NCBI GenBank assembly: GCA_946965045.2
Contig: OX337240.1
Location: 3,100,001-3,164,000, forward strand
Source of the DNA: Epithemia pelagica
Taxonomy: Eukaryota > Protista > Bacillariophyta
Length of the DNA stretch: 64,000 nt
Reading direction: 5' to 3'
Shown here in pieces: positions 11,301 through 21,613 of the stretch. The notes under the pieces are model-generated. The model worked only from the letters and a program-made list of their open reading frames with translations. It did no database searches and had not been told where the DNA came from. Made by a program: the position numbers and the translations under genes. Positions within the stretch are counted from its first letter, which is position 1. Every line of letters begins with the position of its first letter.

Positions 11301-11799
11301 TGTGGGAGAGTATCTACTACACTGGAAGAGTCTTTACGCCCACTCCCAGCAGGGCTGGGAGGCTTTCAATAGTCTGTTTAAGTCATTCTATTTCTCACGA
11401 ACGCAGAGAGGGGGTGCCACTAACCAAGGATTGGGGGAAAGATCACGGCTCAAGCCAGTTGCTAAGTGGCTCCAACGACGCTTGGTGTTCTTTATGGGGC
11501 ATACTATGGAAAGCATCTACGAGTATATGTCTTCTCGGACAGTGGAAGTGAAGCGTTCAGAACGTGATTGGGTTAGAAAATCGGGTGGTACGATAGAGTT
11601 TGGACAACTGATACAACAAGGAGATGACAATTCGTCAGAGTTTGATTCTTCGGAAGACAAGGATGGAGAAGGATCCTTCACAGATGCAACAATGGACGAT
11701 TGGGACATAGGAACACAAGAGTTGTATGGTACGTGGAATAAGGACGACGAGGCAGTGTCGTCGTCATCGGAAGAATCAAAGGACGACGATTGGTGGTAG
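8347..11799 (+). CDS. RAG1/Transib/Chapaev-like DDE transposase (1150 aa, intact)
   Basis: QSLDG (first D), FPLVCIIGRET, TNCDM...YPCSKC (second D and ZnC2), PCLLHMEMRLG, and ITNYMHLIGSGHVGEY...SQQGWEAFNSLFKSF (ZnH2 and catalytic E). These parallel RAG1 core motifs as I recall them. Confidence 0.8.
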   Translation: MDPSLYCKEVTSPTETQEDDNLGDMMEEPPQPPSPNLQTRSIRRTTGNSIAKSYSERERVARVRREFADDDTKPCSVFGYDRHKRYRGGFFFCGECQKADDFERFNPGHFVNRRSKEYACTASHDNIIQPSDRIKIISMAKPPPSQKRASSSTKRGRQVEDNDTNDDNTCSAHSIPRKKQRKPPSNTTVTSDKIFEDSDDTSVVSVNVPDPHQVPTQQGVPVFPNNELNPDHTHQPPNPSSNHDPRSVQTPPNDSTTATLNPSEANSDNSRPVYVDKATQTDSVSMDSGKDIIIEALRVEVEKLSRKNGSVRRRVKEQRETIKSHLNEISKLQKRITRLEAKHGKIPKSCSTDSNIDKLVAHIQAVIVESIRNHNGNSHRAKKFFRQLSRMLLNTEIHYNQLSECLTRCVQRHLRKTVFTPYNILQAMDFAGGTLNYGGIEILRQVETGGKKRKHTMIPSTSAIRRCASLIESFADCAVPYRPIRNKNTGSEGFYFRAADVFVAILKAAGMLKGEARQRAIRFAQSLDGATLTKSLSHVLGGIKFNDKGCPLKSQSRDMVFPLVCIIGRETKSIVRGLFSRMIKEIQEASDKVLPAMHAIVALKIVTNCDMSVDWKLSGRGGAAKNATYPCSKCFVRSDELHTKTGELSQCKWCLHHKYIQHDKEWKCRHFPMTTEEQIAGMKEQVDKFEEDMPELSEQISDVWKKSAIHINIHTDPRVPPLPTLLDKVNSIHFDIDVATDRRKRQVYSSNLNKDLELRDLPISGSLAERQRRLKQSHIAEWTYVDASTTISKAGEVSVTTALVMVMDTVPCLLHMEMRLGIKILSMLFKTGLTNCKQDLLPWIEEKDRSSLDRKCRAFIDGLETILNEKILGSHMLPTQESLPFDKKQHVMGELKLNNGKVRQIIPLIELLVEKCIVDEADKARWLVAMDHYRLAMKILLLRRDVTDQEVMTYQKHADLFFKEWLLLFAEEGITNYMHLIGSGHVGEYLLHWKSLYAHSQQGWEAFNSLFKSFYFSRTQRGGATNQGLGERSRLKPVAKWLQRRLVFFMGHTMESIYEYMSSRTVEVKRSERDWVRKSGGTIEFGQLIQQGDDNSSEFDSSEDKDGEGSFTDATMDDWDIGTQELYGTWNKDDEAVSSSSEESKDDDWW

Positions 11800-11834
11800 A
11801 ATAAAGTTAGTACTTGAATTATATGTTTTGGACT

Positions 11835-13523
11835 CTACGAATAGGCAGCAACAGCGGCCAAGACATCTTCACTATGTTCAATGAACATCACCTCTTGCCC
11901 ACTCGCGGGTTTGTCCTTTGAGTGCTTCTTTCCTCCAACTACGAGACAGGCGTACGTAGGATTCTTTCGTGGGGGGATCGTGCCTACGATCTTGAGTGCT
12001 CGGTCTTCCAGTTTCTTGTGATTCGTCGGTTCCTTGAAGGACGTAAAGTATTCCATGGCCAACGTGTCCAGAAGAATGGTGCGGGTACACGTCTCGTTGG
12101 CATCAAAGAGGCATGCTATTTTGTAAACAGTGCCATCTTTGAAGAACTGGTCGCCTTGGTAGATGGTGGTTTCTCCAAAATTAAATTGGATCGTATCATG
12201 ATGAGGATGGATGGAAAAATCATCCTCTTCATTATCATCTTCGGAGCGAACTGAATTCAGGATTTTTTGAATGGTGTTGGGTGAGGCAACCTGGTTGGGT
12301 GCTTTCGGTGTTTCAGGCTCGTCTTCTGATGATTCAGAACTGGATTCAGTCTCTGAGTCGTCCTCCTCGTTGACATACGGAGTACAGGTGAGAAGGCAAT
12401 GCAAATGCTTGGTTGGGGGAGGTCAAACAAGAATTCCTCCCCGAGAACAATCGTAGATGTAGCGCTCGTATGCAACAGTGACTTTGACCGCGAATGGAGA
12501 GAAAGAAAGATCAACTCGTTGTTTCGTAGTACGACGACGGATCTTCTGGGGACTGAGTTCTTCGGGTGCATTCCCTTTGACCACAGTCAAGGTGTGGCCT
12601 CGCTTCAATGTCCTTCCAGCCTTGCCATCGACCAGTGTAGGTTTGCTTTCAGTTGAACCATAGACACTTGCAATACCGAGAAGCCGACGAAGCATATCAA
12701 GGTCCTTGAATGATTCGAAGCGGATCATGCCTGTCTCGAATGACATCTTGATCTTGGATCGGGTTAAAGACGAATCAATGTGGAGGTAAGTTTCAGAAGA
12801 ACGGAAAACATGACACAATAGACTCTCAATACCTGAATTGAAAATGATGTGAATATAATTGAATGTTTCCAAGGGTATGGCCCCGATTGAAACTGATGAC
12901 TGGTCGAAGTTCTCGGTCTTGCCACTCCTCCTGTTAAGAATCTTCATGATACCTTTCCTGAGTTGAAACAATCCTGACCACACATTACGATGAAAGCAAC
13001 GGGGTGGTGCACAAAGTTTGGGAATGTGGGTGCTGAAAGTGTGCAAGTCCGTGGGGAAACAAACAACTTCATCAGAATCAAGAGGAAAAAACCTGGGCGT
13101 GTCATACAACAACATGTTCTTGAACCGCACAACAAAGACGTTTTGGAGGCCGTCGCCCCAATGATTTTGTGGTTGGCCGAGCTCGGAAGGCATGAAAACA
13201 AAAGCAGGGAACATTATGCGAAACTTGGCGTACTTCGGGTCCTTGCTTGACAGAAGGTCATATGATTGATAAAGTTCAATGCATCCTGAGCCAGGTCCAT
13301 CCACGATAGGATGGTTCGCGTGGAGAGGAACAGGGGGGTGACACTTGAGATTCTTCTTCGGAAACAATGGATAATACAATTGGATCTTGACTTCGCCATT
13401 CTCAAATTGCTCCAAACGACCAACAGTGGTGGTGTTGGGGTCTTGGTTCGGTAAGCGGACATGGACAAACGTCCCCATGCGTAAGGTGTCGTCAAAGGCA
13501 GGAATGTAGATGGGCGGCGACAT
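11835..13523 (-). pseudogene. Convergent partner ORF of the RAG1-like transposase (~562 codons, one in-frame TGA)
   Basis: ORFs 12423-13523 and 11835-12404 are in the same frame, separated only by the TGA at 12423-12425 and six sense codons. Function unknown. Confidence 0.65.
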
Positions 13524-14301
13524 TTCGGCGAAGTAATAATTCTGGTCAGGTCAAATCTGTGTTTTGTCGTTGGATCACTCGTTCGATGTCGCGACAACAG
13601 AGTAATGAACACAGGCTCTTGTTAAGATGGATTGCCATTGGCATGATGGGTCTAGGCTCCGAGTTGGGAAGTACCGAGTCAGAAATTGTGAGCGAATTGT
13701 GACGTTTCTTCATGTAAAACATATAATTAGTTCAGAAAATGACATTAGTTTGGTATAAATAGAATTTTGTACGCGGGCATGTCTTTCTGAGTGAAGGAAC
13801 GAGTATTTTTGAGGAGGGCTGGCGATTTTGTCACGTGCGTTCTGAAAAAATGGGAACAGAGCGGCTGGAAGTGTGCCAATTGCCAATTGCGTGCATACAA
13901 AAACAGATTCTGTAAAGGGTAGCTTAGTCCTGTTTCTGTTTCGTGAGATAATTGAGCCAGGACCAGACAAGCGAGGGAGTAATATCTAGCGTTTGATGTC
14001 TGATCATACAAATTCAGTCGGCTACACAACTTAAAGGGCGTGAAAATCAATAAAATGAATAATTAATTATAGCTCTGAGCTTCGCCAGAGAACACCGACA
14101 CAATGGGCAGCATAGTTGGGCTTCTCTCGACATAATCCGGTGGTCATAAAGTCATCGCAAAGAAGACCCAATCACCAATCAAGATCTGATTGATCTTCTT
14201 TCGTTTCACGCAGCAAACCACGAGCATTCGCGTCACACGAAAGACATGCCCGGTGGGATGACATCGGTTCATGACTTGTGTGAGATCGTAGCGTATAATT
14301 T

Positions 14302-15111
14302 TTGACGAAACAAAGTACGAAACAGCAGCCAAACAAAACATCTTCATTGACATTCTTGCGCCTATTCCAAGTGACGCTCATCATCATGATCCAAACAATG
14401 AAAGGCGACTCCTCTCATTCCACACACTCAACCATGTCCGTGGCTGGATCCTCACCATGCTCACCATCCGGCAAGATTTCCACTTCAGCAACATCCCAAG
14501 TTGGTTCATCGGATGGTCCTCGCTCACAAAAGCGAAAGCGACCCGTTAACAAGGTTCATTTCAATGAACACCAGAACCAGTATTACGAAGATACCAAGCA
14601 CAACAGTACAAGCGACGTGGATTGTCATCAAGAAACATGGTACAGCAACTACGACTATAAAAAGATGCGCTGCGATATGCAACGTGTTCTTTGTGAGGCC
14701 CATCAAGAAATGTTTGCGGCACCTTGGACTTGCACAAGCTTTTCCGAGACTTTGTCAACTCTGTTGGAGCATGCCACAAGCGTCAAGTTTGTTGTGGATG
14801 ATGTCGACCGCATCTTGACCAAGGAAACAAGACAGAGCATCAAGACACTCTACCAGCCTCATAATGCCACGGAACGACTGGAGTGGATTGGTCTCGAATA
14901 TCAATTGGCCAAGATGTTAATGAAAGAAGCACACGTTCGACGAGAATCCATTCAAGAAATTGTGGGAGATATTCAAGCAGAATACCATTTGGGCTTGTGG
15001 AACCAAGCTGAGTATTCGAATGAACTGCAGGAGTCCTGCCGAACCTTCACCCAAGCCATGGGATTGTTGGCCCAGATGCTGGCCCAAGCTCAACTCATGG
15101 TAGCCGCATGA
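14302..15111 (+). CDS. Unknown protein, paralog 1 of a local three-member family
   Basis: KVHFNE, ETWYS, IGLEY and ELQESCRTFTQAMGLLAQMLAQA blocks are shared with the ORFs at 19980 and 21614. Likely ATG at 14386. Confidence 0.75.
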   Translation: MTKQSTKQQPNKTSSLTFLRLFQVTLIIMIQTMKGDSSHSTHSTMSVAGSSPCSPSGKISTSATSQVGSSDGPRSQKRKRPVNKVHFNEHQNQYYEDTKHNSTSDVDCHQETWYSNYDYKKMRCDMQRVLCEAHQEMFAAPWTCTSFSETLSTLLEHATSVKFVVDDVDRILTKETRQSIKTLYQPHNATERLEWIGLEYQLAKMLMKEAHVRRESIQEIVGDIQAEYHLGLWNQAEYSNELQESCRTFTQAMGLLAQMLAQAQLMVAA

Positions 15112-16755
15112 CGAACCTTTGCTCCGCTACTTTTCTCTTTTTGTGGTTCTTCTGCTTTGCCAGAAACCAGCGCGACCTTTTGCTATAAAAGCCAAAGTTT
15201 TACCATTAATGTTCATTTTTCATCTCTTTTATTCGTCTTGCAGTATCCGCATGTAGGTAGTTGTTCTCAACAACTCGTCAAGGTAGGTAGTTGAGTGATA
15301 CTTGTTGCGGTTTCCTGGCACGAGAAAGGCCAATCATGGCCAATCCGCAAACGTCTGTTTGGCACTGGCGCCATGTGCGACCAGTTTTCGTACCGCTCAG
15401 GGCGATTCCACATTTGCAGTTGTACGATTTCACTCTTGCGCGTTTGGTGGAATTTCGTCCATGGCGACTCCTACCGAGTCTTCACCCCCGTGCCTTGATG
15501 GTCCATGGATTATGTAAAAAACATGGTTTCAACCGACTCGTATCGATTTCGTCAACAACATGGTTGTCTGCATCGATGCACAATGTCCCATCTCCTTCAC
15601 TGAAGGTGGTTCTGCTTGGAGTTTGTCTGATTCATTCATGGTGGGATGATGCCGGATGGTGGCGTTTCCTTGTTGCTCTTTGTGGTTGGGGAATCAACCC
15701 ATTCACTCTTGGGCATGTCGAACAAAGATGCTTGTAGCATCAGTCTTGTATTCGTGAGTCATGATAATGGTGGGCCTGTGCCAAACCCAATACTAATCAC
15801 GAACATGCCCTCACACCACCAAGCCGTTCGGGTCCCTGGTCCTGTAGTGATTTTCTTGTACTTCTACTACCGCATTGTTTGTGCCTATTGTGGACTTGGT
15901 TGGGCGAGAGCAACACCTTGCGACTTGACGAATCTTGGAAAAGACAATGAAAAAGAGGAACTACATCTGTGAGAACGGTGCTGTTCAAAACACTGACTGT
16001 CTGTGGAGGCACTAAAGGCAGTGGCTTGTTTCCTTTCCCCGCAAACTGTACTCACCATGTCGTTTTCTCCCTTGATTGAACCATCATGTAGTGTTGTGTT
16101 TGATTCTCTTGGAGAGTTCTGGTGGTGTGGTGGTGGAAAATGTTTGTTTGTATGTTTGCTTTTTGCCAAGGAGCTTTTTGCGTCGATTGAATTTTGATCG
16201 TTTCGCACAGACGGGTTCTCCTCGATCATGCGCGACTGACACTCATGTTCACAGCACGCCACTCGTTCGTCATTTGAACGAATGACTGTCTTGGACATGT
16301 CGCATCCACCATACATCATTGCGCGTGCACCAATCAAAACACAGGAACTGAACACGGACAGGCCCGTGTCATTTTCATTGCACTCCATATGGTTCACGCT
16401 GGGAAAGTGCATCTGATTGGTAAATTGTGTACTAAGATCATAGAACCCCAGCGTTTAGGACCAATTACGGTTTTCGTTTTTCGTGTTCCCCACATTTTGT
16501 CACTCCCATACTGAAAAATGCAAAATAAAATAGTGCCTAATGCATAGCTACCACGGTAGTGCAATGTAGAGTACTCCTAGGAGTATGGTGCAGTCCGAAC
16601 AATAAGTCATCATGACATGCGCCTTTCTTGCAAAGTAAAAGTTTCAGTTTCATTATAATATCTCAACACTTTTTATCCATTCGCGAATCTTATGTTTCTA
16701 TCGATCAGTTCGTTTCAAATGTTCAAAATCCATAACAGCGACTCAAGCGCCTAAA

Positions 16756-19406
16756 GTGCCAATGTCAGGTTTTGATGCAATATGCAATCCCCCGATGATA
16801 ATGTTACAGAAGAACAACCAACCAACCAGAATCATCACCATCCTCTTCTTCCTCGCTGTCGTTTTGCTCCGTGTCAATTCCAAATTACTACAACTGCGGA
16901 CCAGCAGATACGAGGAGCAGATGCGAAGCGTAGACGCACGAAGAAAGACCAAAAGACGCAAACGAGAAAATCACCGGAGTGCGAGTAACATGAGTGCGAC
17001 GTCGGCGTCGGCAGCGACGGCGATTGAGCAGGGAGGTTCACGCCCCCGCGATGAGGACATATTGGGAAAGTATCTCAGAAGAGAAGATTTTGTGGATGGT
17101 ACAAACAAAGATAAAAAATATCTTGACTTGAAAATTGAAGCGGTGCGGATCCTTCGAGACGATATGCGCGATTTGGTCCGAATAGACTTGGACCGTTTGC
17201 TCGAGGATGGAATCATAGTGCTCAAGGCGCCTTACGATGCATCGACAGATCAACGAGTGGCTCCTCAAGACTTTGGCTTTGACGAAACACTAGCGCACAA
17301 TTTGGATGTGCAAGAGCTTGACATCAAGTTGCAAGAAGTGGAAAAGTGGCACTCTACTGAAGACACTCGCAAAGCATACCTTGCCCCTATCCTGCCCATT
17401 GTACAATCAAGTGGCACGGGCAAGTCCAGAGTCATGCACACGCTCAGAAATTCGCCACGGCGAAAGAGTTGTTCGCGTACTATTCTGTTGACGAATGAAC
17501 CCCCCAGTTCGACTGGTGTCAGGCAAGGTTCCTTTGACAAAATCCATCACGTTGGATCGATGACAAACGAAAAAGAAAAGACGAAGCAAAATCGAAAGCT
17601 GCGAGAACTCGTGTTTCAAATGTGCGAGGACTGCATGGCTTTGTATATGGCCGTGGACCAGGACAACGATGCACCACCACCATCGATAACTCTATTCTTC
17701 GATGAGGCTCAACACTTGGTACCGGAAGAGGGGTACCTCATCCGTGTACTACGGTGGATTACTCGAGAAAAGGATCTACATACAATGAATGGCGCAAATT
17801 TCCGGATTACAGTGTGGTTTTGGCAGGAACAAACTCCTCTCTTGCCAATTTCTTCCCAGAAACAACACCCGCGTCGACCTCTTCTCGTCATTTGCGTGAC
17901 GACAGCAAGTACTATGAATCTGGAACGGTTGCTTTCACCCCGTTTTTCATGTTGCGAACAATGGGGTGCTTGTCCAAGAGAATGATTGAGCGACAAGACG
18001 ACAACAATTCCTCGACTGCTGTTGGCCCAGTCACGGAATATGAACAAATGATACGGTACAGTCGTCCGCTTTTTGCAGTATTGCAACAGAGAAATGAACT
18101 CAATTCCGAAAAGGAGTACGAAATTGCGAATAAGATTATTCTTGCTAAAGGCAGTACAAGCTGGCACCAATTTCCGCGACCATGTTTGAGTGTGCTGGGA
18201 ACACGCGTTCAAATGGGGCCTACGAGCGCTTCGGTGGTTTCGGAATTGGTGGCCAAAGGCTACGCTCACTTAACGTTTTTCCAACATGCAAGCGGCGATG
18301 ACAGTGCCAACCGGGCATCGTTTGCTTTTTTACCTGATCCGGTTTGTGCCCGCACCGCAATGTGCCTGATGGACGAGGAATACACCTTCATAGGAAAGGC
18401 TTTTTCGGGAGCTTCGGTACAATCACCATTACCCCCGACAGTTTGTGGTGCAAACGAGACTTTGGTTGTTAAAATGATGGGAAGGATATTTTCGGACGGG
18501 ATTTGCCTCCCTGCCAGAGGTGATTTTGGAGAAGTGGCAGCTGCGCTGTACCTTTTGTTGTGTGGCGACGTGCTGCGCAAGAGGAACGACCCCACGTATC
18601 ATTCTTTATCGGTGGACTACCTTGAGTGGATAGATACTCTTCAAAGTCAAGGCCGGATGAAAGAAGGCAACGCACTCTCATCGGGACTACGTGTGAACTG
18701 CATTCAATTCTATCGGCAATCCCTTCGATTCACGTTGGCTGAATTGGCAGAATCATGCTTTCTAAAAAAGATGTATTGCAAGGGGTGTGCAATTAATTTT
18801 GCAAATAACACCCAAGCTGTTGATCTTGTGGTACCGTGTCGCAAAGTCAGTACGGACGAATATTTACCCGTTTTCGTGTCTGTCAAGAACTATGGAATCA
18901 TGACACCCGGTGAAGCAACTGATTTCCTGAACTGCTCATGGAGTGCACTTAAAGATGCCGGCATTAAAAAGGGTATTTGTATTTTACTGATTATGGGACA
19001 AGTCCATGGCGAGGGCAACCATGTTTCAGGTGAATCCTTCAGAGAGGAAACACTCGGCGACGAAAATGACAAATACGAGTCTCTTGTACAAGCCTTGCGG
19101 AATGCCAAGTGGAAGGACATTGCAGACACACTTGTGCCTGGTTTTTTGTGCATCCATAACGATGCATTTGGTATCCACAAGGCGCTACTGTCGGACACCA
19201 CCGTGACGGACAAACAGAAAGCGGAAGCTTTTGCCGCTCACAGTGACTTGATTCTCGAGTCCTTTGATGGAAAGAAGAATCCTTCCGAAATTAAGCTTGG
19301 TGCGCAAAAGTACCGCAAGGAGGCAAGAGAGTTTTTTTGTGAGACCGTCAATTGCGTACATCGATACGAAAAAGAAAGAATGAAAGGGGACGCGAAGCAG
19401 TCCTAA
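16756..19406 (+). pseudogene. Crinkler/RHS-type P-loop NTPase plus REase-fold protein with one frameshift
   Basis: Walker A IVQSSGTGKSR and Walker B LFFDEAQHL. The frame switches at ~17812-17817 (NFRITV to VLAGTNSS). C-terminal AVDLVVP...VFVSVKN resembles a PD-(D/E)xK core. Confidence 0.65.
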
Positions 19407-19979
19407 GTTTATGTTAGAAAACGACCCGAGGAGTAACGAGCGCCTATTGCCAAAATGTGTTGCGCGATTCCCTTTGGGTTATTCCCACAACCATTCGGAT
19501 TGCACTCTTCGCTCCAAGGTGCTCTCATACAGGCCAAGACCCACCATAGTACCGCACCCGGTGGTCCAGCCTTGTGTAGTACGCCCAGGGTGGCGTACGG
19601 AGTGTGTATAGAGGAGAGTGAAGAGGATACTAATTGTCTTTTTTGGTCCACGCTTAAAGTATTTTGAATTGCGATTGTTGTTGTCGTTTGGCATGGTATC
19701 ATTTGTCAGTCAGTGAAGCCGGGTTATCCATTCTAGTTAAGTCATTTGCCAAGACGATTTGCTCCCGGCGGTGCCCTGGCAAAAATGGTGGCCAAATAAT
19801 ACGGATCACCGAGCACTTGCGCAAAATCTTGATGCTTTTCGTTGCCATTTTGACGAGTGATGATGATGATACTGTTGCTCGGTGTCAGCGACAGGAATGG
19901 AACGAAACCCTCACCCCCCATGCCGTTCCCCACAGGAAGCGATGGTTGGGAAACGAAATCACATTTTTATAGAGTGTAG

Positions 19980-20963
19980 TTATGTTCTCTCCCTTTGGTG
20001 GTCGTTTGGATCGAGACAACGACTCGGTTCTTCATGGGGCGTAATACTTTCTTCATACACCAGGATGGCGGCAGCCTCATGTGCGTGTCCCAGGAATTGG
20101 GCAAAGAGGGTAAAGGTTTGCGAGTAGTTGCGACAGGAATCGTGGAGTTCTTGGTCGTATTCGGAATCGTTGGGCCACAGTCCTTGACGGTGCTCTCGTT
20201 GAATGTCTTGTACGACCAGTTGCATCAAGGTTCGTCGTTTTTTGCATTCACGTCGAAGGATACCCAGGGGGAAATAAAATTCCAAACCCACAAGAGTGTC
20301 GTCCACTTTGTCCTTGGAGGATGACGAGGAAGCAGCGGTGTGGCGCTTTGTAGTCGACTGATAGAGAGTGGACAAGTAGGTTTCAATTTCGGGTGTCATG
20401 AGAATCGAGGCATTTTCCAGGACGTAATCAATGGGCGTAATCACATTCAATAAGCGTTCCAATGTTTCCGAAAACAAGGCAGCACACGAAGAAGGATCCA
20501 TGCGTTCTGGGTTGTCCTCCTGTTGGGTGGGACAACGACGGCGAGCGGATCGACGACGGCGTTCTCGACGCACGGCGTGGTCCAGGGTTTGACGAAACTC
20601 TGTCACCATGGCAGTGTAGTTGGCAAGAGTGTACCAGGTGCCTTGACAATCGTGGAGTGAGTGTCGTACCAGGTCGCGGTAGTGCTTGTTGCGACGTTCC
20701 GAAAACCGAACCTCCTTGTGCCGTGGTGTCGTCGTGTTCATTGTAGTGGTCGAGGATCGGTTTGGATGGAGCGTTCGTGAGTTGGAGTGCGATCGAACGA
20801 GAGACGAAGAACGGCAGGACGAAGTTTGAGGATATCCATTGGTTTGGTCGTCCTCCGAGAAAGAAGAAGAAGGCGACTTTGGGGAGTTGGTCGACACCAT
20901 GTGCTTGGTCGAAAACGACGACATTCGTTGAAGGGAGGATGGAAACGACTCGAGCGGAATCAT
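19980..20963 (-). CDS. Unknown protein, paralog 2
   Basis: EVRFSE, GTWYT, VGLEF and ELHDSCRNYSQTFTLFAQFLGHA. Confidence 0.75.
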   Translation of the reverse strand: MIPLESFPSSLQRMSSFSTKHMVSTNSPKSPSSSFSEDDQTNGYPQTSSCRSSSLVRSHSNSRTLHPNRSSTTTMNTTTPRHKEVRFSERRNKHYRDLVRHSLHDCQGTWYTLANYTAMVTEFRQTLDHAVRRERRRRSARRRCPTQQEDNPERMDPSSCAALFSETLERLLNVITPIDYVLENASILMTPEIETYLSTLYQSTTKRHTAASSSSSKDKVDDTLVGLEFYFPLGILRRECKKRRTLMQLVVQDIQREHRQGLWPNDSEYDQELHDSCRNYSQTFTLFAQFLGHAHEAAAILVYEESITPHEEPSRCLDPNDHQRERT

Positions 20964-21613
20964 GGTTTTGGTTGGCTTTGTAGTCTCTTGATTCTATCGT
21001 CGTTGTTGTTGTTTGGAGAGTCTCTCTTCTTTTTTGTGAGGAGAACTTTTCACGCCTAACACCCAACCACATTGTTGTTGTTTCGCCCCGCCAGTTTGGA
21101 TGAAACAGAACTGCCGGAAGAAACCACATGGACATAAATAAATCAGAAACTGACACTGCAGAAACGAACTCTGATATTTTGTTACTTAGGCTCATGGGGC
21201 AGGGCTTAATCGCAGGGCGAGCTCTAGTATCGCGCTGCGACAAACAGAGCACCTGAGAGTCTCAACGACCGTATGAAGACCCGAAGCCCGAACATGAACA
21301 TCCATTTTTGGCATATGCCAATATGCGACGTAGTTTGTCTGACATGTTGGTGAACGCATTGGCACCATTACAATAATAGGAATGGTACCATTTTTTGGAC
21401 CAAAACACATTTGCCTGGACGGAATCGTCCAAGATTGCCCGGCACACACCACATGAGGTAATATCGATTTGGTGGACCAAAGCGAGGACTCGACCTACTA
21501 GCTAGAAGCTGCCTGCGAAAAGAGGATCAAGCTTTAAAAAACTCTTCTGTTACCCCATTTTAGGTCTACCTAATAGTGAGACCATCCAGGGTCACAAAAT
21601 AACACAAGTATTT

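Noticed and set aside
11835-13523. RAG2 homolog
   Set aside because: No Kelch repeats or PHD Cys/His pattern.
7951-14047. ACTTAAAGG, CTAGCGTTT and CGTGAAAA present on both sides of the RAG1-like pair
   Set aside because: They are short, in direct orientation and unevenly spaced, so they are not a TIR or TSD.
15291-16412. Short ORFs as genes
   Set aside because: They overlap on both strands, mostly use non-ATG starts, and have no recognisable domain.
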